From IMG/VR virus record IMGVR_UViG_3300027734_000034: DNA of 64,000 bases; one strand, 5' to 3'. This DNA is from a virus. Taxonomy: Duplodnaviria; Heunggongvirae; Uroviricota; Caudoviricetes. The notes under the pieces were generated by a model that was not told where the DNA came from, ran no database searches, and saw only the letters and a list, made by a program, of their open reading frames with translations. The position numbers and the translations under genes were made by a program. Below, one piece after another: positions 62,880-64,000 of the stretch. Position 1 is the first letter of the stretch; the number at the start of each line of letters is the position of its first letter.

Positions 62880-63293
62880 ATGGCTTATATGTGTCAAGCA
62901 AAGAAAGCAAAAATCGCCCCTAAAATCAAGGCTATTCTTGCTAAGTATAAGGTCAAAGGTTCGCTTGCTGTACGCAATCATTCCACCTTGGTATTGAATC
63001 TCAAGTCGGGTTCCATCGACTTCATCGCAAACTCCAATAAGGTTTGCACTAATAATTTCTACCAAATGGCTCGTGGTTTCATCCCCAACACTAGCGGCTA
63101 CGATCAGGTCAACCCCTATCACTTCAAAGACCATTATGATGGCGTGGCTCTGGATTTTATGCGTGAAGTGTTTCATGCAATGAATGATGGCAACTGGGAC
63201 AAGAGCGACATTCAATCCGACTACTTCAACGTGGGTTGGTACGTTGATGTTAACGTGGGCAAGTGGGACAAAAATTACATTGTTGAGGCTTAA
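62880..63293 (+). CDS. Hypothetical phage protein
   Basis: MAYM.Q..K..VR.HSTL..D.SDIQSDYF.VGWY..GKWDK.Y. Confidence 0.65.
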   Translation: MAYMCQAKKAKIAPKIKAILAKYKVKGSLAVRNHSTLVLNLKSGSIDFIANSNKVCTNNFYQMARGFIPNTSGYDQVNPYHFKDHYDGVALDFMREVFHAMNDGNWDKSDIQSDYFNVGWYVDVNVGKWDKNYIVEA

Positions 63294-63294
63294 T

Positions 63295-63546
63295 ATGAAA
63301 ATTGATTCTAAACAAATGAAGTTTTTTGAGTTCCTCATGTCCTTGAATAAAGAACAATTGCGAAAATATTTTCTTATGCTTGGACCTGAGGAATCAGAAT
63401 ATGTTAGCCAACTTGCAATACGAATCGGAAATCAAATGAAAATTGATTTGAATTTAGAACTTGCTGAAATGCTTGATGGTGTTGAGGACCATGAGGAAGC
63501 AAGAAATCTCCTTAGTTACTTTACTCTTTCGGGTAAAGTGAAATGA
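63295..63546 (+). CDS. Hypothetical protein
   Basis: ORF directly after upstream stop. Confidence 0.45.
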   Translation: MKIDSKQMKFFEFLMSLNKEQLRKYFLMLGPEESEYVSQLAIRIGNQMKIDLNLELAEMLDGVEDHEEARNLLSYFTLSGKVK

Positions 63547-63655
63547 TTTTGGTAACACAAATGGTTGACAACAAGTCCATTCTGTGTTATCATTATACTA
63601 GTGCTGAGTAATATCAGTACATTTTTAAACTTAGCTTTATCTTAAAGGAAACAAA

Positions 63656-64000
63656 ATGGCTAAACAAACTTTTAAAGTCGCTGGTATGACTACTAACAAT
63701 GGTAATACTAAGGTTCGTTTTACTGATGATATGGTTCGCCGTATCAAGCAGTTTACAAAAGGTGGACACACTCGTGTTGACTTTGTGGACTTGCCCAGTG
63801 AGATGACTAAAATTGAGGCTCTCAATTTTCTAGCTGCTCATGCAGACTTCCAATCACCCGCAGATCAGGCAACTATTGCTGATACTCTTGCTGACAAAAC
63901 AAAGGAAGCAAACAAGGGTACTGTAAAAGTCAAGGTCGCAAAGACCAAGGCTAAAGCAAAGCCTAGCATTGATGCTATCAAGGCTCGTGCTAAGAAAGAA
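63656..64000 (+). CDS. Hypothetical protein with Lys/Ala-rich tail, truncated by window end
   Basis: MAKQTFKVAG..KVRF..R.K...KGG; AAGGA RBS. Confidence 0.6.
   Translation, partial: MAKQTFKVAGMTTNNGNTKVRFTDDMVRRIKQFTKGGHTRVDFVDLPSEMTKIEALNFLAAHADFQSPADQATIADTLADKTKEANKGTVKVKVAKTKAKAKPSIDAIKARAKKE

Overview
A 64-kb segment of a large, AT-rich, T4-like (myovirus-type) bacteriophage genome in the standard genetic code. The IscU, RpoZ and PpiC homologs look proteobacterial, which is inferred by eye. Layout: (1) 1-9.2 kb, a collagen-like/Asn-Gly-repeat tail fibre and Gly-rich virion proteins. (2) 9.6-19.7 kb, nrdA, a GH7-like lipoprotein, nrdB, glutaredoxin, PAAR, a SleB-type hydrolase, IscU, rubrerythrin and rubredoxin. 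(3) 19.6-42.9 kb, a modification-enzyme island with 10 radical SAM genes, two QueC-like ATPases, oxygenases, a desaturase, SDRs, a methyltransferase and a tandem glycosyltransferase. (4) 43.0-53.9 kb, an array of about 41 tRNAs covering all 20 amino acids, interleaved with structured non-tRNA RNAs and nucleases, followed by RpoZ and a TROVE/Ro60-like (DUF2828) gene. (5) 55.4-64 kb, small early genes behind near-consensus sigma70 promoters. The strongest candidates for new biology are two. First, a 44-codon leader peptide containing all 20 amino acids, wired to an antiterminator/terminator switch directly ahead of a block of structurally variant tRNAs (a putative 'pan-codon' attenuator). Second, six Y-RNA-like modules (AGGAT-N5-CAGCAA...ATCCTGTT) with swappable cargo, including anticodon stem-loops and a circularly permuted tRNA, two of them abutting the TROVE-like gene. 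All calls were made by eye without database searches, so coordinates may be off by a few bases.
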